Positions 27,847 through 38,262 are shown, counted from the stretch's first letter. The stretch: DNA of 64,000 nucleotides from an uncultured archaeon (GCA_964473825.1 CAYYQL010000004.1:85127-149126), one strand, 5' to 3'. A program made the numbers and translations. The notes: generated by a model not told the origin, from the letters alone.

Positions 27847-28794
27847 ATGCATCTGAAGGAGATTATTCCCGGGTTCTATGAGGTTCCAGGTGCCTTTGTA
27901 GATGATTTTGGCTACATCAAGAGCCATCTGGTTGTAGACTCTGACGAAGTTCTTGTGATTGACCCGGGAACTGCTGGAGACCCTGGTGACAAGATTGTCC
28001 AGAGCATCGAGTATCTTGGTCTAAAACCTAAGAAGAACGTCGTAGGGATACTCTGTACTCATGCGCATCCTGACCATGTGGGGGGTGCTTGGCGTCTTAA
28101 ACGAAAGATTGACGCTCCCCTGATGCTGCATAGTGGCGATGTGGACCTTCTCGGCGACGCGAGTCTGTTCGTGAATGAACGATTGCTGCTTGGTCTACCC
28201 GGTCGGTTGGCGATGAAGCTCGAACGCGGGCCTTTGAAGGTCAACTATAGGGGGCTTGAGGCCGACCGAGTGTTGAGGACTGGTGATCACGTTCCGGTTG
28301 GGAACCTGAATCTGCGTGTTATCCACACGGGGGGCCATTGTGCAGGACACTGTGTCTTTTTCGAGAGAACGAACAGGGTTCTGTTCTCTGGAGATGAGGT
28401 GAACAATTATGCGAATGATCCTCGGAAGTTCTACGTAGACCTCACTGGCAGTTTCACAGCAAAGACAAAGGCTCTGGAGACTCTATCAAAAATTGGTGTG
28501 GAGCACCTCCTTTCGTCTCACGATATACCTCACATACTGGGTGATGTTGGGCTTCAATTTCAAGAGGCCTTAGATAGCGTTCGTCATTTTCAGGATAGTA
28601 TCCTATCGCAAATCCGTGCAAGAGAGGACGCAGATATTGACCAGCTTGCTTACGATATGATTCAGAGTCGAGGTGTTCCTATCCCGGACACCTTGGACGC
28701 CCTTCTTCCAACAACCATCAGAGTGGGGCTACGTAGTCTTGAACAGGCGGGGCTGGTTCTTCACACAGAAGAGAATGTCTGGAAACTTGCGTGA
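27847..28794 (+). CDS. metallo-beta-lactamase fold hydrolase
   Basis: THAHPDHVG, TGGHCAGH, FSGD, SH. Confidence 0.9.
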   Translation: MHLKEIIPGFYEVPGAFVDDFGYIKSHLVVDSDEVLVIDPGTAGDPGDKIVQSIEYLGLKPKKNVVGILCTHAHPDHVGGAWRLKRKIDAPLMLHSGDVDLLGDASLFVNERLLLGLPGRLAMKLERGPLKVNYRGLEADRVLRTGDHVPVGNLNLRVIHTGGHCAGHCVFFERTNRVLFSGDEVNNYANDPRKFYVDLTGSFTAKTKALETLSKIGVEHLLSSHDIPHILGDVGLQFQEALDSVRHFQDSILSQIRAREDADIDQLAYDMIQSRGVPIPDTLDALLPTTIRVGLRSLEQAGLVLHTEENVWKLA

Positions 28795-28900
28795 ATACAG
28801 TTACAACCGAACTAGATTCAAAAGGCAGCTTGCCAACTCATGATTCTGACCCCAGTAGCAAGCGATGCCGCTTGCAAAGGGTAGAGTTGGAGGTATCTGA

Positions 28901-31495
28901 TTGGAAGACACGCATGATATAGATCTCTCAACCCCGAGCACAGCTGAGGCGATAAGTCTCGCATCAGCATCTGTTTTGGGTTCAACCACCCGACGCGGTC
29001 ACCCAATAGGGACGGCAATCGGCTCAGGGTCGATGATGGAGTCAAACTCTGAAGAGGTGGCTCTCAATGTCATGCCTGTTGTGTTTTCAGCAAGGGATAG
29101 TCTGTTACATGCTGAGCATCTTGAGCTGCTTGCTGCTGAGTGGTATCTGGAGGGATCTGCTGGTTCGGAATTGCTTCCTGAAGAACTGGTTATCGCCGGT
29201 AGCAGTTTCGGCGGCATTAATACTCATGTATGTGTCCTGTCTTGGGAGAAGGGAGTTGTTGACCCCTTCAAGATCGACTCGCATATCACGAATCTCTCGA
29301 AGAAAATCGGAGATATTGAACAGGCAATCGAAGCCAATGAACTTGACTATGAGAGGGACGGTCTTCTGGTGCTTAGGAGATTCTCTGATCGATTCAACAG
29401 AGTCCTCTTCGTGGACATGATGGACCGGAGGTTCAAGGGCTCGTGGGATTCGGTTCAGATCAAGCACGAAGGGTCCGAAGCATATCTTCGTGTTCGTTCT
29501 GGATTCTCTGAGGACTTCACTTCGATGCCTCCGAGTATACGGGTACTGGAACGCCAAGACATCGAATTCTTGGCGTCTGGCATTCCTTGGAACCGGGACG
29601 CCGGTTCTCTCTCTCGTATGATATCGACTCCTCTGGGTATTGACACGGTTACAAGGCGCTTACCTGAACTAGGTCGTTCCATTCTGCGAGAGATGAACGC
29701 GTATGCTTACAGTGCAGAGGAACTGGATATCGCTCGCTCTCTGGTAGAGTCGCTCATCGTCCGAGTCGGTAAGGAGAGAGTCATGTACTCTGACTTTGAA
29801 AATGTCTTGGAAGTTGCTAGGCAGATGATAGAAGATTCAAGTGTCATCCTGTCTTTAGTCACGAAGTCTCTCGAAGAACACATCCAGTCTGGCAAGGTAT
29901 TGACAGTTCCTCAACACATTGACTCAGTAGGAGAGGCTCTAGATGAGTTGGCAGAGGGTGCTGGAGATGGCGAAGTGATCAAGAGCTTGCTTGAGCAGCT
30001 TGAAAAATCACTACTCAGAACTTTCCCCAAAGAGAACGAAGTGAGAGCTTGGCAGATGCGAAGCTCCATTAGGTATTTCCTTACCTATTATCGGAGAGTT
30101 AACAGCTATTTCATTAGGGATCTGAAACGATACCTGGTTATCGGTGCGGTGACAGAGGCCTTCATGTTGGCTCTTGAGGGATTTAGGGATGACCTGGGGG
30201 TCCAGGATTATGACAACGTAGACTCCCTGCTATTTACAAAGTTCTTTGTCGAACTAGTTTCCCAGCTTCGGGCAGTATTTGATAGAGAGGCATTCGAGTC
30301 GGGCAAGACGAGTGGATATTCGGAACTCGCAGAGTCTCTCGGGCACAGACTCATGGATGCATTCGAGCAGATTGAAATCTGGAGTCTCGTGTCCTTTGGC
30401 GACTTGGCTGAGATTGTACGGACGCAGATTGTTTCTGAGTACTCAGACTCGGGTTCAGAAGACACACTTGACGAGGAGGGGAAACGACTGATTCAACGTT
30501 TGAACGCCCTCGAACTTGTTATCTCTGAAACACTACCAGATTTTGTTGATCATGTTTCGTCAGCTCCATTCATGTCTGAGTTCTTGATGAGAGGTCTGAA
30601 GAGCGATAGACCTGGCAAGGATAGGTTGATAGAGATTCTTAGAGGCGCAAAGAGCAAACCTGATGAATGGATCCAAGAAGCTGCAGGATGGGTAGATGCG
30701 TTTGCCCCAGACACTCCATATAACTCCGACACCGAGCTACTCGCAGACTTCCTGACCTTCGTGCATAAGAGGTATGGAGCTGGCATCTCTGCTGCATCCA
30801 TGGTGGAAAGAGTTGCTGGTGAGGAGAAAACGCTCGAAGAGGACTTCCAACAACAGCTGCAGTCGTGGCAAGATGAATGCGAAAGGATCGAAGCTGAGAA
30901 TGCTCCCGTTATCGCGAGGAACAAGAAGAGGCTGGAACTGATTGCTCAAGCGCGTTCCAACTTTGAAAATGAACAGGCCGAGTATGAGGAGGCGCTTGAG
31001 GAGTATGAACAGCACAAAAGGATGGATTACGATGGGGTGTCTGATAGTCCAAAACACCCGGTTACTCCCGAACCTCTGGATCTCCGAATAGCTAGAATAG
31101 AGCGGGAGTACCCAGAAGGAATTCCCAAACCAATTCCAGAGAAGCCTCTCCCTTCTGAGGCTCTGATTGACTGCAGGCGGCTTCGAGCGCTGCTCAGTGA
31201 TAGACTGGAGCGGATGGACGAACGACTTCATGCAATGAGTACCATCTTCTCGAAGCGGCTAGAGCAGTTGAAATCCGAAGGAACTCGTCGAGTAGAAAAT
31301 ATCAAACTGAGCATCTCTGATGGATTTCTAGACCATCTATTGGATTCGATGATTCGTTCCTTGGGAAAACTCATGCCTCGTATTCAGCGAGTCCTGCTTC
31401 GTGATCTCGATGATTCTTCGCGGATACATGTGGTCTCATACGACTACGTGGAAGATGAGTTCATTGTGACTATTGGATACAAGGAGGTCGCTTGA
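28901..31495 (+). CDS. large hypothetical helical/coiled-coil protein
   Basis: 864-aa ORF, coiled coil and Pro-rich segment near the C-terminus. Confidence 0.75.
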   Translation: MEDTHDIDLSTPSTAEAISLASASVLGSTTRRGHPIGTAIGSGSMMESNSEEVALNVMPVVFSARDSLLHAEHLELLAAEWYLEGSAGSELLPEELVIAGSSFGGINTHVCVLSWEKGVVDPFKIDSHITNLSKKIGDIEQAIEANELDYERDGLLVLRRFSDRFNRVLFVDMMDRRFKGSWDSVQIKHEGSEAYLRVRSGFSEDFTSMPPSIRVLERQDIEFLASGIPWNRDAGSLSRMISTPLGIDTVTRRLPELGRSILREMNAYAYSAEELDIARSLVESLIVRVGKERVMYSDFENVLEVARQMIEDSSVILSLVTKSLEEHIQSGKVLTVPQHIDSVGEALDELAEGAGDGEVIKSLLEQLEKSLLRTFPKENEVRAWQMRSSIRYFLTYYRRVNSYFIRDLKRYLVIGAVTEAFMLALEGFRDDLGVQDYDNVDSLLFTKFFVELVSQLRAVFDREAFESGKTSGYSELAESLGHRLMDAFEQIEIWSLVSFGDLAEIVRTQIVSEYSDSGSEDTLDEEGKRLIQRLNALELVISETLPDFVDHVSSAPFMSEFLMRGLKSDRPGKDRLIEILRGAKSKPDEWIQEAAGWVDAFAPDTPYNSDTELLADFLTFVHKRYGAGISAASMVERVAGEEKTLEEDFQQQLQSWQDECERIEAENAPVIARNKKRLELIAQARSNFENEQAEYEEALEEYEQHKRMDYDGVSDSPKHPVTPEPLDLRIARIEREYPEGIPKPIPEKPLPSEALIDCRRLRALLSDRLERMDERLHAMSTIFSKRLEQLKSEGTRRVENIKLSISDGFLDHLLDSMIRSLGKLMPRIQRVLLRDLDDSSRIHVVSYDYVEDEFIVTIGYKEVA

Positions 31496-31498
31496 TAG

Positions 31499-33940
31499 AT
31501 GTCTAGCACTTGGATACTGAAAACCAAGCAAATGAGCGAGGCAGGTAAGGAGATTATTCTCACAGAGGCGCTAGCGACTCACATGCGTAGTAACAGGGAC
31601 CGAGAGCTTCTGTCCAGCATACTCAAGGAGAATAGGCCCCTAGAAGACATAATGTCATTTTTCGCAGCCTTCTATCTCTACAACTATCAGGGCCTTCGAC
31701 TGCTCAGCATGAGTGATGACGAACAACTGACTATTGAGAAGAAGAAAGAGCTCTCGCATGATGAGCGTCGCTATCTTGAGATGGAGATTCGTGAGATACT
31801 GGAGAATAGGCTGAGAGAAGAGATTGACATCGAGCGACTGATTTCGGAGTTTGTGTTGGAGCTCGTTGATATACCGGGTGTGCAGGCACGAGAAGATGAA
31901 GCAGCTTCTAAGGTGGTCAGTCTTGTTGAGGGCTATCTTGAGAAGATTCCACACGACTATTCTCCTAACAGTGCCCTTGATTTCATTCTTGGCATCACAG
32001 GTTGGCGAAAGCGTTGGCTGGATGAGCTTTATGCGAAGGCCTCGGGACTGAAGGAATCCTCACTATCTCTCAGGGATGAATTACTAAGAGAACATGAGGC
32101 TGAAGTCGTAGAGACCTCGGTTGTTAGGAGGCTGCTATCATTCATTGCTGGAGGAGAATCCTATTTGAGCGGCCCTCTGACTGGGGCTGATATTCCTCAT
32201 GAAATCCTTGTCGAGATTACTCAGGCGTCAATTGACTTTCTGTTTCCTCGGTCCGGTTCTCTGGATCCTATCCGCTTGGCTCATGGCTCACGGATAGAGA
32301 TACTTGACTGGCTTGTTGAGGAAGTCGATTCTCTCACTAACCTCAGTGACCTTGAAAAGCGATTGGCTGACAGAATAACGGAAGAGATCACCACCAGCAT
32401 TCCAGATAATCCCCAGTATGCCTTTCCCTTTATCAGTCACCTCGTGTCTGTAGAAGAAGAGATAGTTAGAAGTGGACTGGCCGCTAAGCGTCTGGTGGAT
32501 CCGGAAACCCTGCTTGAGGGCCTCAGTTCATTTTCAAGTGACTCTGCTGTAGAAGAAACACCAAGTCAATACAGCCCGAAGGAGCTCGAGGACATAGAGC
32601 GTTCGCTACGAACTCTGGAGAAGCTCGAAGACACACTGGAAAAACCTGTTAAAGGAATGCTTAGAGCACGAGGTCTTAGAGCTGAAGAGCTTGACAAAGT
32701 TGGTATTAACATCTTGGCGAAGAATCCATCCGAACTCATCGCCATCGAATCACAAGTATTGGATGAACTAAGAAAGAAGATGAGGGTGCCCTCTCATGAA
32801 GAATTCCTCGAGATGCTGAAGGCCCGAGAACTCGTTGAGCACGGTGGCCTAGGAGAGATGGGCATCTCTTCTTCCTCCGACATGACGATACAGAGACAAC
32901 ATGAGGAAGCGGTAGCATCTCTAAGAATGGACCTAGTTTGGCATTTCATGATAGGCACTCTGAAGAACCTCGCAAGGGTCGTCGAGACCTATCTGAGGTC
33001 GAAGCAGGATCTATTACGGAGCAAGGCGCTGCTCTTGAGCATTTATCAAGATGCCGCCACAGAACTTCAATTCTTGCGAGAGGAGATTCTGATTGACTTA
33101 CTATCGGAACGTATTCTCGAAATGAAGCAGGTTCATCCACATCTTGATGGGATGATGATACGCTCTTGGATGCATGCCCGGCTGTCAAATCAGCACATGT
33201 CCGCTGCGAGGGAGGAGCTTGAGAAAACACCGAGCCCGGTCTTTGAGGGAGTGACTGACGAACCCCTGCAGGCCAGTACATTATCATTCGATAACTATGC
33301 CATATCCTTTGACCTGATGCAACGATTCCTAAGACGAGAGCGCAGGGAGAAACTCGCCAAGGAACAGCTTGCACTTGAAGCAGAACGAGAGGAGAAGCGA
33401 CTTCTTGAGAAGAAGAAGAGAGAGATTGATGTACTCTCATTCATCTATACGAAAGCCCATACAGTATTCAAAGCAACTGGCAGGGTTGGCACCGCAGGTC
33501 TGGAGTGGGATGAGAATGATTCGGCAAAATGCTCGAACATGCTTTCTTTCTTCGTGCAGACAAAAAGAGGTCGTCCAATCTGCCAAGTCTGTGGAAGTAC
33601 CCCAAAGGATGGGAAGTGTGAAACGCACGGCAAAGGACAGATGAAGACCAGCGATGACATCGATAATCTATCCGTCTTTGTGATGAGATCTCTCTCAGAT
33701 ATCAAGTCTGGGCTCATCGGGCCTACCGCTGAACCAGTATCATGGAGCGAGGCAAGGTCAATCGTTCAGAGAGAGATAAGCCGTCTGAAGCGGAAGGGGA
33801 AGATCACCTCAAAGATGGATCTCAAACAGCTTATGCTTGGAGAGATAAACCACATCATTGGTCCTGCGATAACCAGCGTCATAGCAGATTACTTCAATGA
33901 CTCATTGGGGTATGCTGCCCGAAGCGCCGGCATAGCTTGA
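31499..33940 (+). CDS. large hypothetical helical protein with Zn finger
   Basis: 813-aa ORF 3 nt downstream of the previous gene; CQVC......C..H. Confidence 0.8.
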   Translation: MSSTWILKTKQMSEAGKEIILTEALATHMRSNRDRELLSSILKENRPLEDIMSFFAAFYLYNYQGLRLLSMSDDEQLTIEKKKELSHDERRYLEMEIREILENRLREEIDIERLISEFVLELVDIPGVQAREDEAASKVVSLVEGYLEKIPHDYSPNSALDFILGITGWRKRWLDELYAKASGLKESSLSLRDELLREHEAEVVETSVVRRLLSFIAGGESYLSGPLTGADIPHEILVEITQASIDFLFPRSGSLDPIRLAHGSRIEILDWLVEEVDSLTNLSDLEKRLADRITEEITTSIPDNPQYAFPFISHLVSVEEEIVRSGLAAKRLVDPETLLEGLSSFSSDSAVEETPSQYSPKELEDIERSLRTLEKLEDTLEKPVKGMLRARGLRAEELDKVGINILAKNPSELIAIESQVLDELRKKMRVPSHEEFLEMLKARELVEHGGLGEMGISSSSDMTIQRQHEEAVASLRMDLVWHFMIGTLKNLARVVETYLRSKQDLLRSKALLLSIYQDAATELQFLREEILIDLLSERILEMKQVHPHLDGMMIRSWMHARLSNQHMSAAREELEKTPSPVFEGVTDEPLQASTLSFDNYAISFDLMQRFLRRERREKLAKEQLALEAEREEKRLLEKKKREIDVLSFIYTKAHTVFKATGRVGTAGLEWDENDSAKCSNMLSFFVQTKRGRPICQVCGSTPKDGKCETHGKGQMKTSDDIDNLSVFVMRSLSDIKSGLIGPTAEPVSWSEARSIVQREISRLKRKGKITSKMDLKQLMLGEINHIIGPAITSVIADYFNDSLGYAARSAGIA

Positions 33941-34273
33941 TCACTTCTCGGAAGACTCGGAATTCACACTTTGTGTTATCCAGTCCAGATAGGTATCATT
34001 TCCTTCAATAATCGGTAGGACAATGAATTCTGGCACTTCGTAGGGATGAGAGGCCAAGAGCGCTTGCTCTAGAGATGCAATTTTCACCGCCGTGGTCTTG
34101 ATGATTAGAAGGTCTTCTGGTTCCTTCTCGATTTCACCTTTCCATCGGTAGACGCTTGATAGACCTCTGACTATGCTCACACATGCACAGAGCCGCTTCT
34201 CAACGAACTCTTCCGCGATGCGATCCGAAGAATCGCGTTGGCAAGTGGTTAATGCAATACGGAATTCAGTCAT
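33941..34273 (-). CDS. cutA: divalent-cation tolerance protein CutA
   Basis: LCACV, SVYRWKG, E.LLIIKT, HPYEVPE. Confidence 0.95.
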   Translation of the reverse strand: MTEFRIALTTCQRDSSDRIAEEFVEKRLCACVSIVRGLSSVYRWKGEIEKEPEDLLIIKTTAVKIASLEQALLASHPYEVPEFIVLPIIEGNDTYLDWITQSVNSESSEK

Positions 34274-34342
34274 GACATCACATTGCGAGTGGAAACTTAT
34301 ATACGCCCTCTATCTCCGGAGTGAGTGTTGAGGGAACTCTGA

Positions 34343-35743
34343 ATGGTTTCAAAGTTCAAGCCCAAAGGGGTCATGCCTGCGCTGATTACACCCTTCACAA
34401 GAGATGGAGACATCATGGAAGATGGGTTCAGAGAGGTAATCGACTACACAATTGAGAAAGGTGCCACCGGGGTTGTCCCGGCTGGAACCACCGGTGAGTT
34501 CATCTACATGCGGACCGAGGAGCGTAAGAAGCTCCTCAAGCTCGCTGTAGAGTATGTGGATGGTCGAGTTCCAGTCATTGCTGGGACTGGGCAGAATAGC
34601 ACAAGGGCAACAATAGCGCTCACTCAATATGCCGCCGATATTGGTTGTGATGCTGCCCTTGTTGTTTCTCCGTTCTATCTCAGGCCTTCTGACAAGGGCT
34701 ACTATGAACACTACTCCAACCTTGCACGGCAAGGGAATCTGCCCCTGATTCTCTACAATATTCCTCAATGTACTCTGGGGGAACTCGGCTCAGATCTGGT
34801 CTACGATCTGGCTGCCCTAGATAACATTGCGGGGATCAAAGATAGCAGCGGCAATATCGGGAAGACGGTCGAACTCATCCAGAAGCTCGAAGGAAAGATT
34901 CCCGTACTGATTGGCCATGATGAATGCTTTCTGTCTGCAGTGGCTGCAGGTGCCAGCGCGGCAATACTGGCATCAGCCAATGTTATCCCTCACATCTGGT
35001 TGGATATCATGAAGAAGGTCAATGAAGGTAAGATGCTAGAGGCAATGAGACTTCAACACTCTGTTCAGACCTTTGCTCGACTTGTCACCAGAAACGGCGG
35101 TGCCCCTCCAGCAAAGGCCGCTCTGAAGATGATGGGAATAAACGCCGGGAAATCGAGACTGCCTCTTAATACCGGCGGGACGCTGACAGTCGAATTAAAG
35201 GACGAGATTCGCATGGAGCTTGAGAAACTGGGACTCATCGCCTCACAGGAGCAACAACCCCTGATTGATAATCTAGATATGGTTTCGCTCTTCAATGAGT
35301 TCAACATCTCTCCTGACCTTCTCGACGGTGCAAGATTCGGACAGGCCTCGAATGAACAGGTCAGTGTATCTATCGCTGCGGGGCCAAAGCAAGGTGATTT
35401 GGGTCGCGTGTTTGTGAAGCTGCTTACTCAGGCAAAGATTGGACATGAAGCGCTCTCGGTCATTCTTGAGCCAAACCTCTTTGTCAAGCCGAGTAGCATC
35501 ATGGTTCCGGCCCGGACCATAAGGTCGATGCGCCAGGCTTCTCTTTTCTACGGCCCTGTTCAGTCTGGTGCAGCCAAAGCAGTATCGGCATACCTCGATG
35601 CGGCGAAGATACCAGCTGAAGCATTGAACAGCAGTGTGATGATAATGGCAATGGATGTTGACTTGAACAGCAGAGATCGAAGAGCTGTGACAGATGCTGC
35701 AGAGAATGCGGTTGGAAGAGCATTGGCTGAGGTGTGGAGGTGA
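34343..35743 (+). CDS. DapA/NAL-family aldolase fused to degenerate Fae domain (copy 1)
   Basis: GTTGEF, LYNIP, GIKDSSG; C-domain from ~35330 with ILEPNL.VKP and Q...YGPVQSGAAKAV. Confidence 0.85.
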   Translation: MVSKFKPKGVMPALITPFTRDGDIMEDGFREVIDYTIEKGATGVVPAGTTGEFIYMRTEERKKLLKLAVEYVDGRVPVIAGTGQNSTRATIALTQYAADIGCDAALVVSPFYLRPSDKGYYEHYSNLARQGNLPLILYNIPQCTLGELGSDLVYDLAALDNIAGIKDSSGNIGKTVELIQKLEGKIPVLIGHDECFLSAVAAGASAAILASANVIPHIWLDIMKKVNEGKMLEAMRLQHSVQTFARLVTRNGGAPPAKAALKMMGINAGKSRLPLNTGGTLTVELKDEIRMELEKLGLIASQEQQPLIDNLDMVSLFNEFNISPDLLDGARFGQASNEQVSVSIAAGPKQGDLGRVFVKLLTQAKIGHEALSVILEPNLFVKPSSIMVPARTIRSMRQASLFYGPVQSGAAKAVSAYLDAAKIPAEALNSSVMIMAMDVDLNSRDRRAVTDAAENAVGRALAEVWR

Positions 35744-35748
35744 CCAAG

Positions 35749-37224
35749 GTGAGTGACGATTTCCATTTCAAGGGCGCTTATCCTGCACTGGTCACACCTT
35801 TCGATGAGGACGGGGTCAATGAAGAGCAGTATCGAGGTCTCATTGACTATGTCATAAGAGCCGGTGCAACGGGAATTGTCCCCTGCGGTACCACTGGAGA
35901 GTTCACCAGCATGCGCTTCGAGGAGAAGATGGAGGCCATCCGCATAGCATGTGATGCAGCGAAGGGCCGTGTTCCTGTACTTGCCGGAACAGGTGCTGCC
36001 TACACAAATGATGCCATCAAGCTCACTCGTCGTGCTGCGGAATTTGGTGCCGATGCAGCTCTGGTTGTTTCCCCATATTTCCTGAGGCCGTCTAATCGTG
36101 AGATATACGAGCACTTTGAGAAGATTGCCAACAACAGTGACATCCCTCTGTTTCTATACAATATTCCTCAAGTAACGGGAGTTCCCCTTCACTGGACCCT
36201 TGTCGACGGGCTTCGCGAGATCGATGGGGTAGTCGGAATGAAGGACTCTAGCGGAGATCTGGTGAATCTCACAACCATCCTCGTCAGAAGACCTGAGGAC
36301 TTTCAGGTTGTTATTGGTCATGATGAGGTTGCTTTGCCTGCATTAGCTGCAGGATGTGATGGTGCAATCCTGGCAAGTGCTAACGTGTTCCCCGATAGGT
36401 ACATCAAGATGCAGGCTGCACTTGCGGAGGGCGACCTCAAAGGTGCCATGATTATCCAACGGAGCATACAGAAGACCGTGCGGGTGTTTGTGAACAAGGG
36501 CGGGGGTCTTGCGGTGAAAGCAGCTCTCAATATGATGGGCGTTCCGGTCGGCAAAGCTCGGCTTCCCCTTATGGAAGGCGACTCTCTCTCTTACGAGGAC
36601 ATAGATGAGATTCGTACATGTCTTGAAGATATGCAGCTCATCCAGCGCGGACCGGTACGATTCGTCATGGGTGAGCGTAGTCTTGTCGCGGAGTCCTATC
36701 CAAAAGCAGTGGGGCTAGTGCAGGATGAGGTATCTGATCTGACACTGCTACATGGTGAGGCCTTGGCTGGCAGTGGTCTGGAGGTCGCTCATGTGGACTT
36801 GGTCATGGGAATGAAGAACGGGCCCCTCGAAGTGGCAATTGACAACGCAGGTACTACTGTGGAGGGTTTCCATCCATCGAATATAATCAAAGGTCTTGAA
36901 CCCACAACCATTTTCGCTCCGACAGTGACCATCACCAACGAGCGACATAGGAATCTTGTGTACGAGAGTGCCCAGAAAGGTGTTGCTGATGCCGTCACAA
37001 GAACAATCACCGACTGTATCATTCCTGAAGAGCTGGTGCAGGATATTGCAGTTGCTGTGAATGTCTTTGTTCATACGAAGGCCATCAATCCGCGACGTGT
37101 GCATATCAACAATTTCCGTGCAGTCAGGTTCGCATTACGCAGAGCCATTGAGGGGAGGCAGAGTGTTGAGGAGATCGCTGCAAGGCGTGATTCGGCCCGC
37201 CATCCGTTTGCCTATAACCCCTAA
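35749..37224 (+). CDS. DapA/NAL-family aldolase fused to Fae domain (copy 2)
   Basis: GTTGEF, LYNIP, GMKDSSG; C-domain from ~36745 GEALAGSGLEVAHVDL...VFVH...RHPF; GTG start after GGAGGTGA. Confidence 0.9.
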   Translation: MSDDFHFKGAYPALVTPFDEDGVNEEQYRGLIDYVIRAGATGIVPCGTTGEFTSMRFEEKMEAIRIACDAAKGRVPVLAGTGAAYTNDAIKLTRRAAEFGADAALVVSPYFLRPSNREIYEHFEKIANNSDIPLFLYNIPQVTGVPLHWTLVDGLREIDGVVGMKDSSGDLVNLTTILVRRPEDFQVVIGHDEVALPALAAGCDGAILASANVFPDRYIKMQAALAEGDLKGAMIIQRSIQKTVRVFVNKGGGLAVKAALNMMGVPVGKARLPLMEGDSLSYEDIDEIRTCLEDMQLIQRGPVRFVMGERSLVAESYPKAVGLVQDEVSDLTLLHGEALAGSGLEVAHVDLVMGMKNGPLEVAIDNAGTTVEGFHPSNIIKGLEPTTIFAPTVTITNERHRNLVYESAQKGVADAVTRTITDCIIPEELVQDIAVAVNVFVHTKAINPRRVHINNFRAVRFALRRAIEGRQSVEEIAARRDSARHPFAYNP

Positions 37225-37332
37225 TCATCAAGAAAGATAGCTCATTGGATGAACGGAAAGAGTCATTAGTTGAGTGCGCTGGCTCCGTGCAAGAACGACC
37301 TTGAAGGCTGATATGAAACTCTCAGACTGAAC

Positions 37333-37551
37333 ATGAGGCTTCACATCATGACTGCTTCGTACACTGATTGGCTGAAAAAAATGCTGGATGAGATCATCTC
37401 CACTGGGGCCGACCGCTTTCTCGAAGAGGGCGAAGAGATGAAACTTGACCTTGGGAGTGAGACTGTGACTCTGTCGAAGAAGAGTGGTCACATCTTGGTG
37501 CGTTCCGAGAACGATGCTCTGGATGAGTTTGTCTACATCCCTCGAGAATGA
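37333..37551 (+). CDS. small hypothetical protein
   Basis: 72-aa acidic ORF. Confidence 0.5.
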   Translation: MRLHIMTASYTDWLKKMLDEIISTGADRFLEEGEEMKLDLGSETVTLSKKSGHILVRSENDALDEFVYIPRE

Positions 37552-37715
37552 TCCTCATTTGTGTCAACTAGGTGGGTCGTGTTTTCAACTCGTTCCAAGA
37601 TGCCTGTGCTCTGCTTTCTGACAAATCCCTACTTCATTGCCTTTGGCCTCATAGAGGCCATCCTTTTAGCTCAAAGAGATTATATGCATTTATACGAATA
37701 GTAACACGATGGCCA

Positions 37716-37988
37716 ATGTTCGAAATCATCACCTTTGTGGTAGCGTTTGTAACCTTGCTGTTCCTAGCAGGGAAGTGCTACGGCCGGGGCCCCTCCTCCG
37801 GGGAGGTAAGAATAACGAGGCCTGACCCGAAGAGAGTTGATGGGTTTGGTGGAGTAAGAGGTTATGATTACTCGTATTCTGGATTCTCGGGCAGAGGATA
37901 CAGCAGACCTTTTCCAGTTGGTCTTAGGACTGAGCGAGAGCGAACCGACACCCACAAGAACTCCAAGGGCAGGAACTCCCGCCGCTAA
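37716..37988 (+). CDS. small single-TM protein (paralog 1)
   Basis: MFEIITFVVAFVTLLFLAGKCYG...; homologous to the copy at 38263. Confidence 0.7.
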   Translation: MFEIITFVVAFVTLLFLAGKCYGRGPSSGEVRITRPDPKRVDGFGGVRGYDYSYSGFSGRGYSRPFPVGLRTERERTDTHKNSKGRNSRR

Positions 37989-38262
37989 TCTGAATCCGTC
38001 ACTGTGGTTCTAAGAACCGATTAGGAGACAGGATTGTGGATGAGATGGCTTTGTCTATACCTAGAGGGGACGAGCCTCTGCTATCAAAGATTGTTCAACT
38101 TGCAATGAACGGACTATGATCCAGATGTGGACCCCATCGAGATTCCATGACGCCCGTGTCCACGTATGAATCCCCTCTCTTGTCGTCATTCTCTCGCAAA
38201 ATCCTCCAGCTGGGGTATGAACACTCGTAGGACTAAATACGAATAGTGTATCAGAGAGAAAG

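Noticed and set aside
34343-37224. Annotation as lysine-pathway dapA
   Set aside because: The DHDPS-specific Arg after YNxP is missing, there is no dapB/asd context in the window, and both are Fae fusions.
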